Assembly (NCBI GenBank): GCA_012295275.1
Contig: CM022671.1
Coordinates: forward strand, 18,228,001 to 18,292,000
From: Chrysomallon squamiferum
Taxonomy: Eukaryota; Animalia; Mollusca
Direction: 5' to 3'
DNA: 64,000 nucleotides
The notes below the pieces were generated by a model. The model ran no database searches and was not told the DNA's origin. It was given only the letters and a program-made list of their open reading frames with translations. The position numbers and the translations under genes are program-made. This document shows positions 28,321 to 39,400 of the stretch, in pieces (position 1 is the first letter of the stretch; each line of letters starts with the position of its first letter).

Positions 28321-29105
28321 TATATCTGTAACGTATATGATGTATCTGTATGTGTGTAGACTTATACAGTAAGCATATGGTAACGTATATGATGTATATG
28401 TATGTGTGTAGACTTATACAGTATGTGTATGATAACGTATATGATGTATATGTATGTGTGTAGACTTACACAGTATACGTATGATAACGTATATGATGTA
28501 TATGTATGTGTGTAGACTTATACAGTATATGTCTGTAACGTATATGATGTATATGTATGTGTGTAGACTTATACAGTATGTGTATGATAACGTATATGAT
28601 GTATCTGTATATGTATATACTTATACAGTATGTGTATGATAACGTACATGATGTATATGTATGTGTGTAGACTTATACAGTGTATGTATGGTAACGTACA
28701 TGATGTATATGTATGTGTGTAGACTTATACAGTGTATGTATGGTAACGTACATGATGTATATGTATGTGTGTAGACTTATACAGTGTGTGTATGGTAACG
28801 TACATGATGTATATGTATGCGTGTAGACTTATACAGTATATATATGTATGATAACGTATATGATGTATATGTATGTGTGTAGACTTATACACATACATAT
28901 GTATGATAACGTATATGATGTATATGTATGTGTGTAGACTTATACAGTATATGTATGATAACGTATATGATGTATATGTATGTGTGTAGACTTATACAGT
29001 ATGTGTATGATAACATATGATGTATATGTATGTGTGATGACTTATATAGTATGTGTATGATAACGTATATGATGTATATGTATGTGTGTAGACTTAAACC
29101 GTATG
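28321..29105. repeat. Minisatellite, ~52-bp unit, ~15 copies
   Basis: Unit GTATGATAACGTATATGATGTATATGTATGTGTGTAGACTTATACAGTATGT. Confidence 0.95.
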
Positions 29106-29494
29106 TGTGTGGCAGCATGTCTGAGACTTTCTAACTATGTGTAAATCAATATGCTTGTACGAGTATATTTGGATAAAATCAAAAGCATGTATCGATCATG
29201 GTTTTGACGTTATGTATGTATATGCGTGAATGCATCAGTGCCTTTGTGTGTATTATGTATTATGTATGTATGTTTGTTTGTTTGTGTGTGTGTACGTGCA
29301 CATATGTTGTATTAATTAATGTATGTTTCTGTGTATGTGTGTGTTTGTGTGTCATAACATATGTAGGCTATGATATACTTATTATATATGAATGAGTATT
29401 AAGTGCATGGAAATTAATATCACTAAATCTTTAATATCTATTTGTATTTCGACATATGCACAGATATATTATTAATTTATTAACTATACGGATC

Positions 29495-29532
<38 letters not shown>

Positions 29533-30034
29533 TAAAGTAAACTTTAATACGAGATACAATGATACTTTTATTATTATTATTGTTGTTGTTGTTGTTGTTA
29601 ATGTTATTATCATTTTCATTATGATTGTTGTTGTTTATTGTTATTATTAGTAATATCGTTTTAATTTATTATTTTAATAATAAAAAAAAAAAAAAATGTA
29701 TTATTATAATAATAATTTTTAATAATTTTGTGTTATTATTACAATAAATCATGAGAAATCACAAGAGCAATACACTAATACAGCTCTTGTTTATTACAGG
29801 ATATAGTGGAAATAATTTAATAAAATATTTGAAATACCGACAACGTGTGCTTACATTTTATACAGGAAAGTAGGACATTAGAATACAGCTGTTGTGTCCA
29901 TAGTAAAACTCCACGGCAATATTTACTTACTTTCTTACTTCCTGATTTATTTATTTATTTATTATTATTTTTATTCATTTGTTTTTCTTTATTTTTTCTA
30001 TTTTTTTGTTTACTTTCCGATTTGTTTGTTCTAT

Positions 30035-30349
30035 AAGTCTATTTATATAATATAATGACCTTTGTCCATACATTTTACTGCTGACCAGAAGATTTTATTC
30101 TGTCGGAGTCATGTTGTTGCTTGTTTAGTTTTTAATGCACATAAAAACTGTACAGGAGTTAGTCTTTTGTATGCACACTTGTCTATATTTAATTTTTTAT
30201 GTAGCTGTTGTTATCATTATTATTATTGTAACATAAAAACGGGGTAAAAAAAATCTACTTCAGAAGACACTACTGTATGGCAATAACAACAACTACTACT
30301 ACTACTGCTACTGCTGCTATTATTATTACTATTGCTACTATTGCTACTG
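30035..30349 (+). repeat. Dispersed ~320-bp repeat, copy 1
   Basis: Colinear, highly similar to 39401-39740 (e.g. CCTTTGTCCATACATTTTACTGCTGACCAGAAGA, TTTATTCTGTCGGAGTCATGTTGTTGCTTGTT); ends in an (ACA)/(CTA) tail. Confidence 0.92.
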
Positions 30350-30513
30350 TCATTACTTATCGATTTGTTTGTTGTTCTGTTATTTATTTATTATATACTT
30401 TTTTTGTTTGATTGTTTATTTAACTCTTTTTGTTGTTGTTTTTTTGGGGTGGGTACATTTTTACTACTACTACTACTACTACTATTACTACTATTACTAA
30501 CTATTACTACTAT

Positions 30514-30558
<45 letters not shown>

Positions 30559-30789
30559 CACTATTATACTATAATAATGATTATAATAATTATTATCATT
30601 TATTATTATGAATAGTTTCAACGAAAACTCAATTTCTTTTTACCAGCAGTATTAGATGACATACAAAACAATATATCAAAATGTTCAGAACTCTACTGAA
30701 CCCTAGGATTCCAAAACAATAATCAAAAGTTCAGCAAGCAACATATAAACATTAATTTATTGATTATAGTACATTTGAATAGATTGTGG

Positions 30790-30926
30790 TTCTCTCAGTA
30801 TGCTAAAAATATATATACATTTCATGTGTTTCTCAGTATTAGAAATACATAAAAATATATACATATCATGTGTTTCTCAGTATTAGAAATACATAAAAAT
30901 ATATACATATCATGTGTTTCTCAGTA
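30790..30926. repeat. 44-bp tandem repeat, ~3 copies
   Basis: TCATGTGTTTCTCAGTATTAGAAATACATAAAAATATATACATA repeated. Confidence 0.9.
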
Positions 30927-32199
30927 CTGGAAACTGCCAGAATCGCTGCAGCGTGTTAAAATGAAGCGAAACTCTTGCTCCGTGGTTCTCAAGTACACGT
31001 TACGCACCCAGTGCGATCCCTCACAATCGTGATATCTGTCTTGTTTAACAAGCAGCCGATAAGAACAAACACGAGATTCGGCAACAAGAGTTGAATAACA
31101 ATCTGGCAATGTCACCATAAGATAATACGTTTATTATATAAACCCTGGTGGAAGTCTGTCGTAACATTTATTAAGATGAATTAAAACCGGTTTCCGCGTG
31201 ACCAAAAAAAAAAAAAAAAAAAAAAAAAAAGAAAAAAAAAAGTAGAATCGTGTGTTAACTGGGTCTTTGTTTTATTTGAATTAAGAGGTGAAGCATTCGA
31301 CTGTTTAATCTCCTGATTCTTTGATCTCGGATGCAGCATCTTTTATTTGGTCATTAAGTTCATTTGTCTGCATGAGAGAGAATTTATGATAATCTGTTTA
31401 TTCAGGTAACAACAACTACAGCAATCCCAAAATAGACAACAAAAACCCCCAACAACATTAGATGTATGTGTTACTAAATAATGCTGAAATATTATGATGG
31501 TGTGGAAAAGGTTTAGACTGCTTTCTTTCTTCAGAGAAGCTTCCATTTAAATATATGCCTATTGTCTGTACAAATCCTTTAATGGCTAAAACCTTTTTCC
31601 AAGTCAAGGAACAATCTCTAGGATTGTCCAAGTACCCTAAAGTAGTATGAAAGTATAAGAAAAAACTTGCGGTTGTTGGTAATATTTTAAAAGGATTTGT
31701 TTTTATTATTTAAATTTTTAAAACTTTTTTTATGAAAGAACCGTTCAAACATGCCTTTCCTAAGCATGAATGTCTAACTTCATTACAGTTCTGGCCAATA
31801 TAGGGAACTTTCTGGAATGTGTACGGACAGCACACCTTTCTAATTTAGTCCAAAGCTGTTTTGTTTCACACATATATATATATATATATATATGACAAAT
31901 ATCTGTATGCATGTGAGGAGGTCGAGGTGCAGATAATTCTTAGCAAGTTAACTAACTGCCCAAGCGCAATTTGTTGTGAGCAGAAACAGCTAATTTCGCC
32001 AGTAATTTCTGTCAGAATCAAAGAGAAAACTCTGCACGTTTTAAAACAATGAGCAATTACATTAATCTAATTACGTGCACTCCACATAATACGTTAATCC
32101 CGGTTACGTCTCGCTGTTACGACTAAACCCCTGGGCGTCCGCGTTTTATTTTTTAACTTTCTTCCCCCCACACTCGTTTAGAAGTCTCACGGCTTCACC

Positions 32200-32694
32200 T
32201 GCTCTACGTTCTGTCAGAGCTTCGAGGGGAAAGAAGTAGCACAGTAATCCCGTTTTCGTGGAACGAGTTTAGCCAATCCCTTTACCAAGCCGTCCGCTTA
32301 AGTCTTCACAACAAAACAACTATACCCTTTGTCAGCTTTAGTTTCGCCTAGTTGTCCAGTACAATTGAAAAGCTTTTTGATTTCCTGCTTCATTTAACGG
32401 ATATCTTCAATTTACTGCGCCTACGGGGGACATCGTCTAATTATACGACTCTTTGAAGAGTCGGCGGTTCGACACCTGATGACCGCCTCCGTTGAGATTG
32501 GTTGTATTGTGATTTATATTACGATACGGTTTTGTTGTTTGTGTTTGTGAAGAAAGGAAGAAAAAAAGAAAAAAAGAGGATATAATCTGACATACTTGTG
32601 TGTGTGTCTCTGGGTAATTTGAGAATGGTTTATTAAGGGACGGGTTCGTTGTGTATGATATCAGTTTTACTTTGGAGTTTTTGTGTTATTTCAG
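32200..32694 (+). promoter_or_regulatory. Putative promoter and non-coding first exon of the uncharacterised gene
   Basis: CpG-containing island with AGCCAATC 32271-32278, ending at donor CAG|GTAAGA (32694/32695); matching pyrimidine-rich acceptor TTCTTTTGTACATTTCAG ends at 33382. Confidence 0.45.
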
Positions 32695-32878
32695 GTAAGA
32701 TATATGTTACAGCTTTATAATTTATTTTTTGTTGAACATTGTTGACAGTGCTGTGTGTGGTATATTCACACATATAAGCAATGTTTTTATACTTATATTT
32801 AGATTTTAATCCAAGTAATTTATATATATATAAAAAACGTTGTATATATTTTACTTTGAATTTATATTTCTTGATTTG

Positions 32879-32912
<34 letters not shown>

Positions 32913-33041
32913 GCACATTGTTGTTATTTTTATTATCTATTAATTGACATAAGAAAGGGCTTAACTGTAAAATAAATTGTTCATAAGTTGTATATTATGA
33001 ATTTTAATATTATATTTAAAATTGTATTGTATTTATTGCAA

Positions 33042-33083
<42 letters not shown>

Positions 33084-33921
33084 AATCACACATACGTTAT
33101 TTTAATTAATATATCCCTAAGGTGAAACTTTTACAACAATAATAAAATATATATTAGTCTTTCTTGCTGGGCAGAAACTTTAATCAAATATCTTTACGTC
33201 TTCTGTCTGTCTGTCTGTCCGTCCCTTTGTTTCTCCACCTCAGTGATGTGGCGATAAAACACTCGAATACACAAACACGGGAGTTAACTGGCCGAAGTTG
33301 TGTTAAATATTATTAATAATAATAAATTTTGTTACAGTCGTTTTGCATTCATTCATTTAGTACGTTCTTTTGTACATTTCAGACCGAGTGTGACAGACGG
33401 CGAGAACTTTATTACACAGACGAGTCTGGTGCATATTATTATGTTTAAAGTCTGCTGCATTCGTCGCATTTTACTAAGTGGACAATTCTCGTCGATCAGT
33501 GCAGAAAGCGAGTGAATGCTGGTGACACGTTTTGGCTCGAAGCAGCAGTTTGTAACAAGGAAAGCAGACGACAGGGCGAGAGAAAATAAAAAAAAAAAAA
33601 AAAAAAAAAAGATAAGATGAAGTGAATTATGGCGGGAGACTGCATACAAGATTAGCAGAAGTCAAACGAAAAGAAATCAGAGTAGAGAATGAGGGATACC
33701 AGTAGACAAGGAAAGCAGATAACGAGTTGAAAAGAAAAGAAAAAGAAGAAGAAGATACGTAACGTGACAGGAGTTTGCATAAAAAAAAAGGAAAAAAAAA
33801 ATAAAAGAGAAAAAGAAGATAAAAAAAGCGGTGGATACCTTTAGACACGACAAGCAGACGACGATGTGAAAAAGATTATTTAAAAAGTGAACTGCACCTA
33901 GGACTGGCAGACGTGACAGAG

Positions 33922-33959
<38 letters not shown>

Positions 33960-34406
33960 CACTGTCATAAAAAATGTGGATATAATCTAAAAATAAAGAA
34001 AGAGGAAAACAGAAAAAAAAAAAAAAAAAGAAGCGAATCAAAACCATCGGATTTTGGCGGGAGACAACAACAGCATAACATGTCCGTGAAACATTATTAA
34101 AGAAAAAAAAAAAAAAAAAATCTAACACAGGTACCTGAGTGAAAACTGCCCTCAAGTATTGCAGACGACAAAAACAAACCGAAAAAGTTTATATAAAAAA
34201 CCCACATAAAAGGACTTGAGTAATTTTATGTGGCGAACATTTTACAAAAATAGCAGACAGCAGGTCATAAAGAAAGAAATAACACACTGGAGAGTAGCGG
34301 TAAACTGGTGACAAAAAAAGCAACTGAAAACTGAACAAAATACAACAAAAGTCGTGGAAAAAAGTCGTCGAAAAGCGACAGGTGTTTCTGGCTCGTGTCC
34401 ACGACA

Positions 34407-36140
34407 ATGAGCTGGGCTTACAACAATACCCCTCCCGGTGCGTGCGGGGATACCGTTCCGCGGCGTGCGATTGCGGAAAGCGATTATTCGGCAAACACGC
34501 CGACACGGGCCCGTTGTTCGCGGCGGAGTGAAAGAGGCAGCCGCGCGGAAACCGAGATAACAGCAGACGTTTCGCCGGTTCATACGTGGAGGCTGCGATT
34601 GGCGGGCGACAAAAGGTTCTGTCATGTGTCCAAGGGGCACACGGTCAGCGAGGTGAATGCGGGGATACGCGGTGAACATACTTCATTTGGTCGACAGCCG
34701 CCGCCGAGATCAGAAGCAATGACTGTCGCCTCCACCAACGTAATATCCGATCACGGCCTGAATCACGTGGGCGTTGCTCGCTCGGCTCATCGAGTAGGTA
34801 GCAGTCCACACAAAGACCACATCTTCAAGCAGACAGCGTGTGAATCGAGAGGCGGGCGACAAGGGAGATCGAGTACTGTGTTTGAAACAAAAAAATCGAA
34901 TGTTGTTAACGAAAGTACGAATTCATGTTCGAGGGATTTTTACGATGCAGGTCGCTGTGAAACGCCGAGCTGGTTTTCTTTGAAACGTTACGTTCAGCTG
35001 TCAAACGGGGACAGTCCGTCCGTGATTAATGACGGCGGCGGAGCGGGAAATCCCACCGACATCCTCGGTCACACTCGTCAGTATTCGGATCAGTTCGAGA
35101 AGTACAATCTGGACCTGACGGCCGGTCTATCGGCTGGCTCGGTTCACGAGACGCAGTTGTCGCCGGTTACGATTTCCAGTGGTTACGAAAGTGATTACGT
35201 CCCTTCGCCAACGCTTCCCCCTGAAGCGACTCCCGAGTTTCCGCGAGACAGTTATTCACCTCGGCTCGGACTGAGCGATAACATCACCGGACATCTCTCT
35301 CAGTCCGACACGTATCCCATTTCAGACGCAAGCACGAAGTTCGCTAGTCAGAAATTCGGGTCCCTTCGACGACATCCGGAGAAACGACGTGTGTCCAACG
35401 ACGTCAACAACCGCAGCGTCGATCCCCTTGTTCTTTTCTCACTTCGGTACGAGCTGGATGTTCGGTCATCAGCCAAGTCTCAAAACAAGAACCACAAACT
35501 GGCCAAAGTGGCGAGATCCATGTACGAGATAATCCACGACTTGAGGAAACAAGGCTGTGCGTCTCTGAAATCGAAACGTCAGACGTCCACCGATTCTAGC
35601 ATGGAGTGCGGTTGCAACGGTTCAAACCGGCCTAGATTTTCACCCATATCCAGCCGCGATATGAACGTCAGGGGTGACGTTTGTCTCAACAACAACAACA
35701 ACAACAACGAGGACGACTCAGAAGGTTATCTGAAACCTCGACCTGTAGCAGACGACGACCGTGCACCGGTTGACCCAGCTGTAAGTACAAACAGTAGACG
35801 TACATCACTCGAACATCCCGCCTCCATTATATCAGATAGCCGGGTGCACGCACCGGAGCTTACATCCCGTCATAAAATGTCTCCACTTCACAGCAGTAGT
35901 CACGGTTCAGTGAACAAAACATTTCCCGTGCACGATGAAAATGAAAAAAATGAAAATATTCTGCAAGGCGAAAGCAAAAAATGCCTCCGTTTCGAAGGTT
36001 TAAAACCAGGCCAGAAATGTTTCAATTCGTTAACGGAGCAGCCAGCACCTCGGACTGTTTTACAGGACAGAAACTTAAATTTGCTAAAGGTGAACGTAAA
36101 TCCGAGAGCGCACAACGTCAAAGTTCGCGACCCTCAGTGA
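34407..36140 (+). CDS. Uncharacterised protein, N-terminal part (577 aa from first ATG); probably one gene with 36100-36954
   Basis: 1.7-kb open frame with a sharp GC rise over the AT-rich flanks; S/P/R-rich composition, tyrosine motifs (DYVP, MYEI, GYLKP) and a helical-looking segment (PLVLFSLRYELDV...LAKVARSMYEIIHDLRKQGC). No family recognised. Confidence 0.8.
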   Translation: MSWAYNNTPPGACGDTVPRRAIAESDYSANTPTRARCSRRSERGSRAETEITADVSPVHTWRLRLAGDKRFCHVSKGHTVSEVNAGIRGEHTSFGRQPPPRSEAMTVASTNVISDHGLNHVGVARSAHRVGSSPHKDHIFKQTACESRGGRQGRSSTVFETKKSNVVNESTNSCSRDFYDAGRCETPSWFSLKRYVQLSNGDSPSVINDGGGAGNPTDILGHTRQYSDQFEKYNLDLTAGLSAGSVHETQLSPVTISSGYESDYVPSPTLPPEATPEFPRDSYSPRLGLSDNITGHLSQSDTYPISDASTKFASQKFGSLRRHPEKRRVSNDVNNRSVDPLVLFSLRYELDVRSSAKSQNKNHKLAKVARSMYEIIHDLRKQGCASLKSKRQTSTDSSMECGCNGSNRPRFSPISSRDMNVRGDVCLNNNNNNNEDDSEGYLKPRPVADDDRAPVDPAVSTNSRRTSLEHPASIISDSRVHAPELTSRHKMSPLHSSSHGSVNKTFPVHDENEKNENILQGESKKCLRFEGLKPGQKCFNSLTEQPAPRTVLQDRNLNLLKVNVNPRAHNVKVRDPQ

Positions 36141-36954
36141 CAGTGAGCACATCTACGAGACGATTCCCGGAGACGAGAACATGGTGCTGGTTGTCCCGCA
36201 TCACGAGAACTCCAAACTCGCCAAGTGGCTGACGATTCCCAATCTGACGGGAAGCACCACGTCGAATATTCCCCCAGCACTGCCCGAAAGGCGATACAAC
36301 AAAGGATCAACAACTGACATTTCAACGACGAAGGCGTCTCTGACGTCTCTTTTGGACAGAACTGCAACAAACGACGTCGTCCAAGAACGAACACCAGCAG
36401 CAGAGACGTCATCGAGCACGTTTGAAAGTGTCGAGAATGACTCGGACAGCTCTGTGTATGCCAAGGTGTGTAGATATTCGAAGGAGAGCAGGACGGTGTT
36501 ACTGGATTCGGCGGTGGTCGATGAAGAAGACGATGGTTTGTATTCCGAGGTGATTCGTCTGGACCACGGGCAGTGCCAGGTCTCCCAGGAAACCACGTTC
36601 AAGCGTCACGTGTACTTGACTGACGTTTCGTCCGAAAACTACTGTCGCCTGGAACCGATTCGAGCAGCAGACGACATAAACCAGTGGTCGTCTGGCGACA
36701 TCCTCAACTTCATCGACGGCATACACGAAAACAATTCGCCAAAACGGAGAGAAAACATTCTACAGTTGCTAGGCAACAGTAAGACGTGTGCGAAACTTTC
36801 TGAGTCCCTTGAGATAGAAACGAGGCTGCTTCACAAAGGACTTTTGTTCAGTGAGTGGTACGACGACGACGGTGACAACGTTGTGGACATGGTCACATCC
36901 TCAGATCCTCCGATCGTGTTTGATGTTTGTCACCTAGAACCAACCTATGTGTAG
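36100..36954 (+). CDS. Uncharacterised protein, C-terminal part in the +1 frame (open from 36100; first ATG 36181)
   Basis: Frame open from 36100 to TAG at 36952-36954; encodes EHIYETIP upstream of its first Met, then PPALPER, SVYAKV, GLYSEV, a WSSGDILNFI segment and terminal EPTYV; same GC content as the upstream ORF. Confidence 0.8.
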   Translation: MRERTTSKFATLSDSEHIYETIPGDENMVLVVPHHENSKLAKWLTIPNLTGSTTSNIPPALPERRYNKGSTTDISTTKASLTSLLDRTATNDVVQERTPAAETSSSTFESVENDSDSSVYAKVCRYSKESRTVLLDSAVVDEEDDGLYSEVIRLDHGQCQVSQETTFKRHVYLTDVSSENYCRLEPIRAADDINQWSSGDILNFIDGIHENNSPKRRENILQLLGNSKTCAKLSESLEIETRLLHKGLLFSEWYDDDGDNVVDMVTSSDPPIVFDVCHLEPTYV

Positions 36955-37324
36955 CAAACTAGATTCCAAAACTTTTGTTTGTTTGTTTGTGTCCTGAAAA
37001 CACTTGAAATGCAGACTAAGTTGGATAAAGCATTACCAGAGAAAACCCAGGATTTAAAAGAACAATTCATTTTAAACATATTGTTGTGCTGCACATACTA
37101 CTGAATACAAAAGTTGGTCATCTGTTTTGTAATAGAAGTTTATTCTCTAGTAACGTGATAGATATACACATATAACAGGAGATTAGTCTTTTGAAAATAC
37201 AACATTGCTATGACAACTGTTTATTCTCGTTTATAAACCAGTTTAATGCATTTTTCCTATTATGTTTCGAAAAGAAACGTTCGGTTATATATGGAACTTC
37301 ATTTAACTGTTACGTCTAATATTA

Positions 37325-37730
37325 AGACACTGTTATATCGATTATAATTTCTACTGTTTTGTCTCTACAATTAAGAGCTATGTTTTATATCGAATACGTT
37401 TTCTTTCTTATATGGAATATCGAGAGATAAATCATAGTGTATCGAATATATTTTTCTATACTTACACAGCACATACATTTGTATGTTATGTCAAACATTA
37501 AAACGAGTGTTATATCGAATATCAGTTTATAACTTATTGATTTTCCTTGGTATGTCGAACAATAACATGGGTCTTATGTCGAATATGAGTTTATGAGTTA
37601 TACTGAGTATTAATTTTCAGTGTTATATCGAACAATAGATGTATTATATCGAATATCTGTTTATAAGCTATGTCGAATATCAGTTTTATTCGGCTATCTC
37701 GAATATAAATTTCTGTGTTAAATCGAAAAC
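37325..37730. repeat. Degenerate array of ~13 TTAT(A/G)TCGAA motifs
   Basis: TGTTATATCGAATA-like cores recurring at irregular 20-60-bp spacing. Confidence 0.75.
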
Positions 37731-37936
37731 GAAGACTGTGATATTGTGAAATGTACTTAACCATGATGTTAGTTTATTTTTCTCAGGGATGTGACAGAAG
37801 ATGTATTTATTTTTTTTGACAGACTTGTTCATTGTGTAATTACTGATGTTCATGTATGTATCATATTTAATAATATTCATGATTGTGGTAAACAGGTTTT
37901 GACGCATTTCTGGTTTCTTCGTTTTGTATTTTGAAT

Positions 37937-38010
<74 letters not shown>

Positions 38011-38751
38011 TGTGTCCAGGTGAAAGAAAGACGCAAGTAGAAACACGCTGAGACAAATACATACGAACCCACTGAGAGAGATAGAGACATAAATATAAAG
38101 AGAAATATATAAATGATTTGCAAATATACATTCATCAGCTATATCTGTTTTTTTTTTTTTTTTTTTAATAACATTTTCTTTATCAAGTTATGGTCGCGAA
38201 TTTTCTTTACAAATTGCTCAGAGATCAGGTTATAAAGGAAAGAACATCAAATAAACAATGTGTCTGAGTCGAGAATATGACACCGAAAGACAAAGATAAT
38301 ATCTGATGTTCGCTTTAATCTAGCTACACAAACATCAAAGGAATTCCTCCGACTTGTTTGTTCATCCTTCGTGTACCAAACACAGGTTACCTTTATTAGC
38401 CGTCTGAAGATTAAAATTAAGTTTAACATTAAGTTACGTATAAAGTGTAACCCCTCCCCCCAGTTTATGGTTACATGCAAGTCACGTGATTTTATAACGC
38501 TGTCTGAACGTCTGGGGAATGTTTTGTTATCAGTCACTGTCTGGGTGACATCTTGGATAAGTCTGGCCTTTTAGTATGAAGTGTAACAGGATCAACTCGT
38601 AGCACTTACGTGTAAACTGATTTATGTAAAGGACGCTTCATTTCTCGGGAAGGTTATCTGTCGTACTGGTCATCTAATAAGTCTACGAGGTGCGGACCAA
38701 TCATTTCAAAAAGAGAACACCACCACAGTTAGGGATGTGCCACTTTAATTG

Positions 38752-38804
<53 letters not shown>

Positions 38805-39400
38805 CAATAACAATAACAATAACAATAACCACAACAACAACAATAATAAAAAGATAAATAACTCAAGGAGCACACTGGCTAGATTGGGAAATGCAATGAC
38901 AAGGGCCTGATTTGGAGAGAACTGTGAAAGGCCCATAACTGATTAATCAAAGGCAAATTAATTAGAGAACATAAATGATATGTTTTTTACATATAAAAAA
39001 CCAACGATAGAAGATAAACAAATACATTCTAGCCATATCATTGAACATATTTACAATTACATCCTTATTTTCAACACTAAACTAAAGCTATACTCGCTAA
39101 TACATTTTTGCCATAGGTAGCATGGAAATAAACAGCAAAAACTTACACTATAAAACATACATAAAAAGATTCTTCTTGAAAACTACATTAACCCTGACCT
39201 TTTTGGTCACTTTACATCCTGTTTTTATATACAGAACTATCCATTAAAAATCAGTTTGTCACAATAAAACCTTCATGAAGTTTAAAACCATGTATTTGTC
39301 CCCAACACCCAAAACCTGTCGAAATAAAGATGTTTTCTTCTTGTACGTTTTAGAAAGAACGTCCAGGGAGCTCTTTGTTACAGTTTATTTAACAAGTGTA

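Noticed and set aside
36138-36146. Stop-codon readthrough or selenocysteine at TGA CAG TGA
   Set aside because: ORF2 is in a different frame, so readthrough would not join them, and a second TGA follows immediately.
36090-36147. Mini-intron repairing the orphan frameshift
   Set aside because: The CAG acceptors (36137, 36143) lead straight to TGA; frame-restoring AGs give a 34-nt intron or a GAG acceptor without a pyrimidine tract.
37325-37730. CRISPR-like repeat/spacer appearance (also 61481-61750 and 47680-47825)
   Set aside because: Eukaryotic context, short degenerate cores, irregular or mutually similar spacers, no cas genes.
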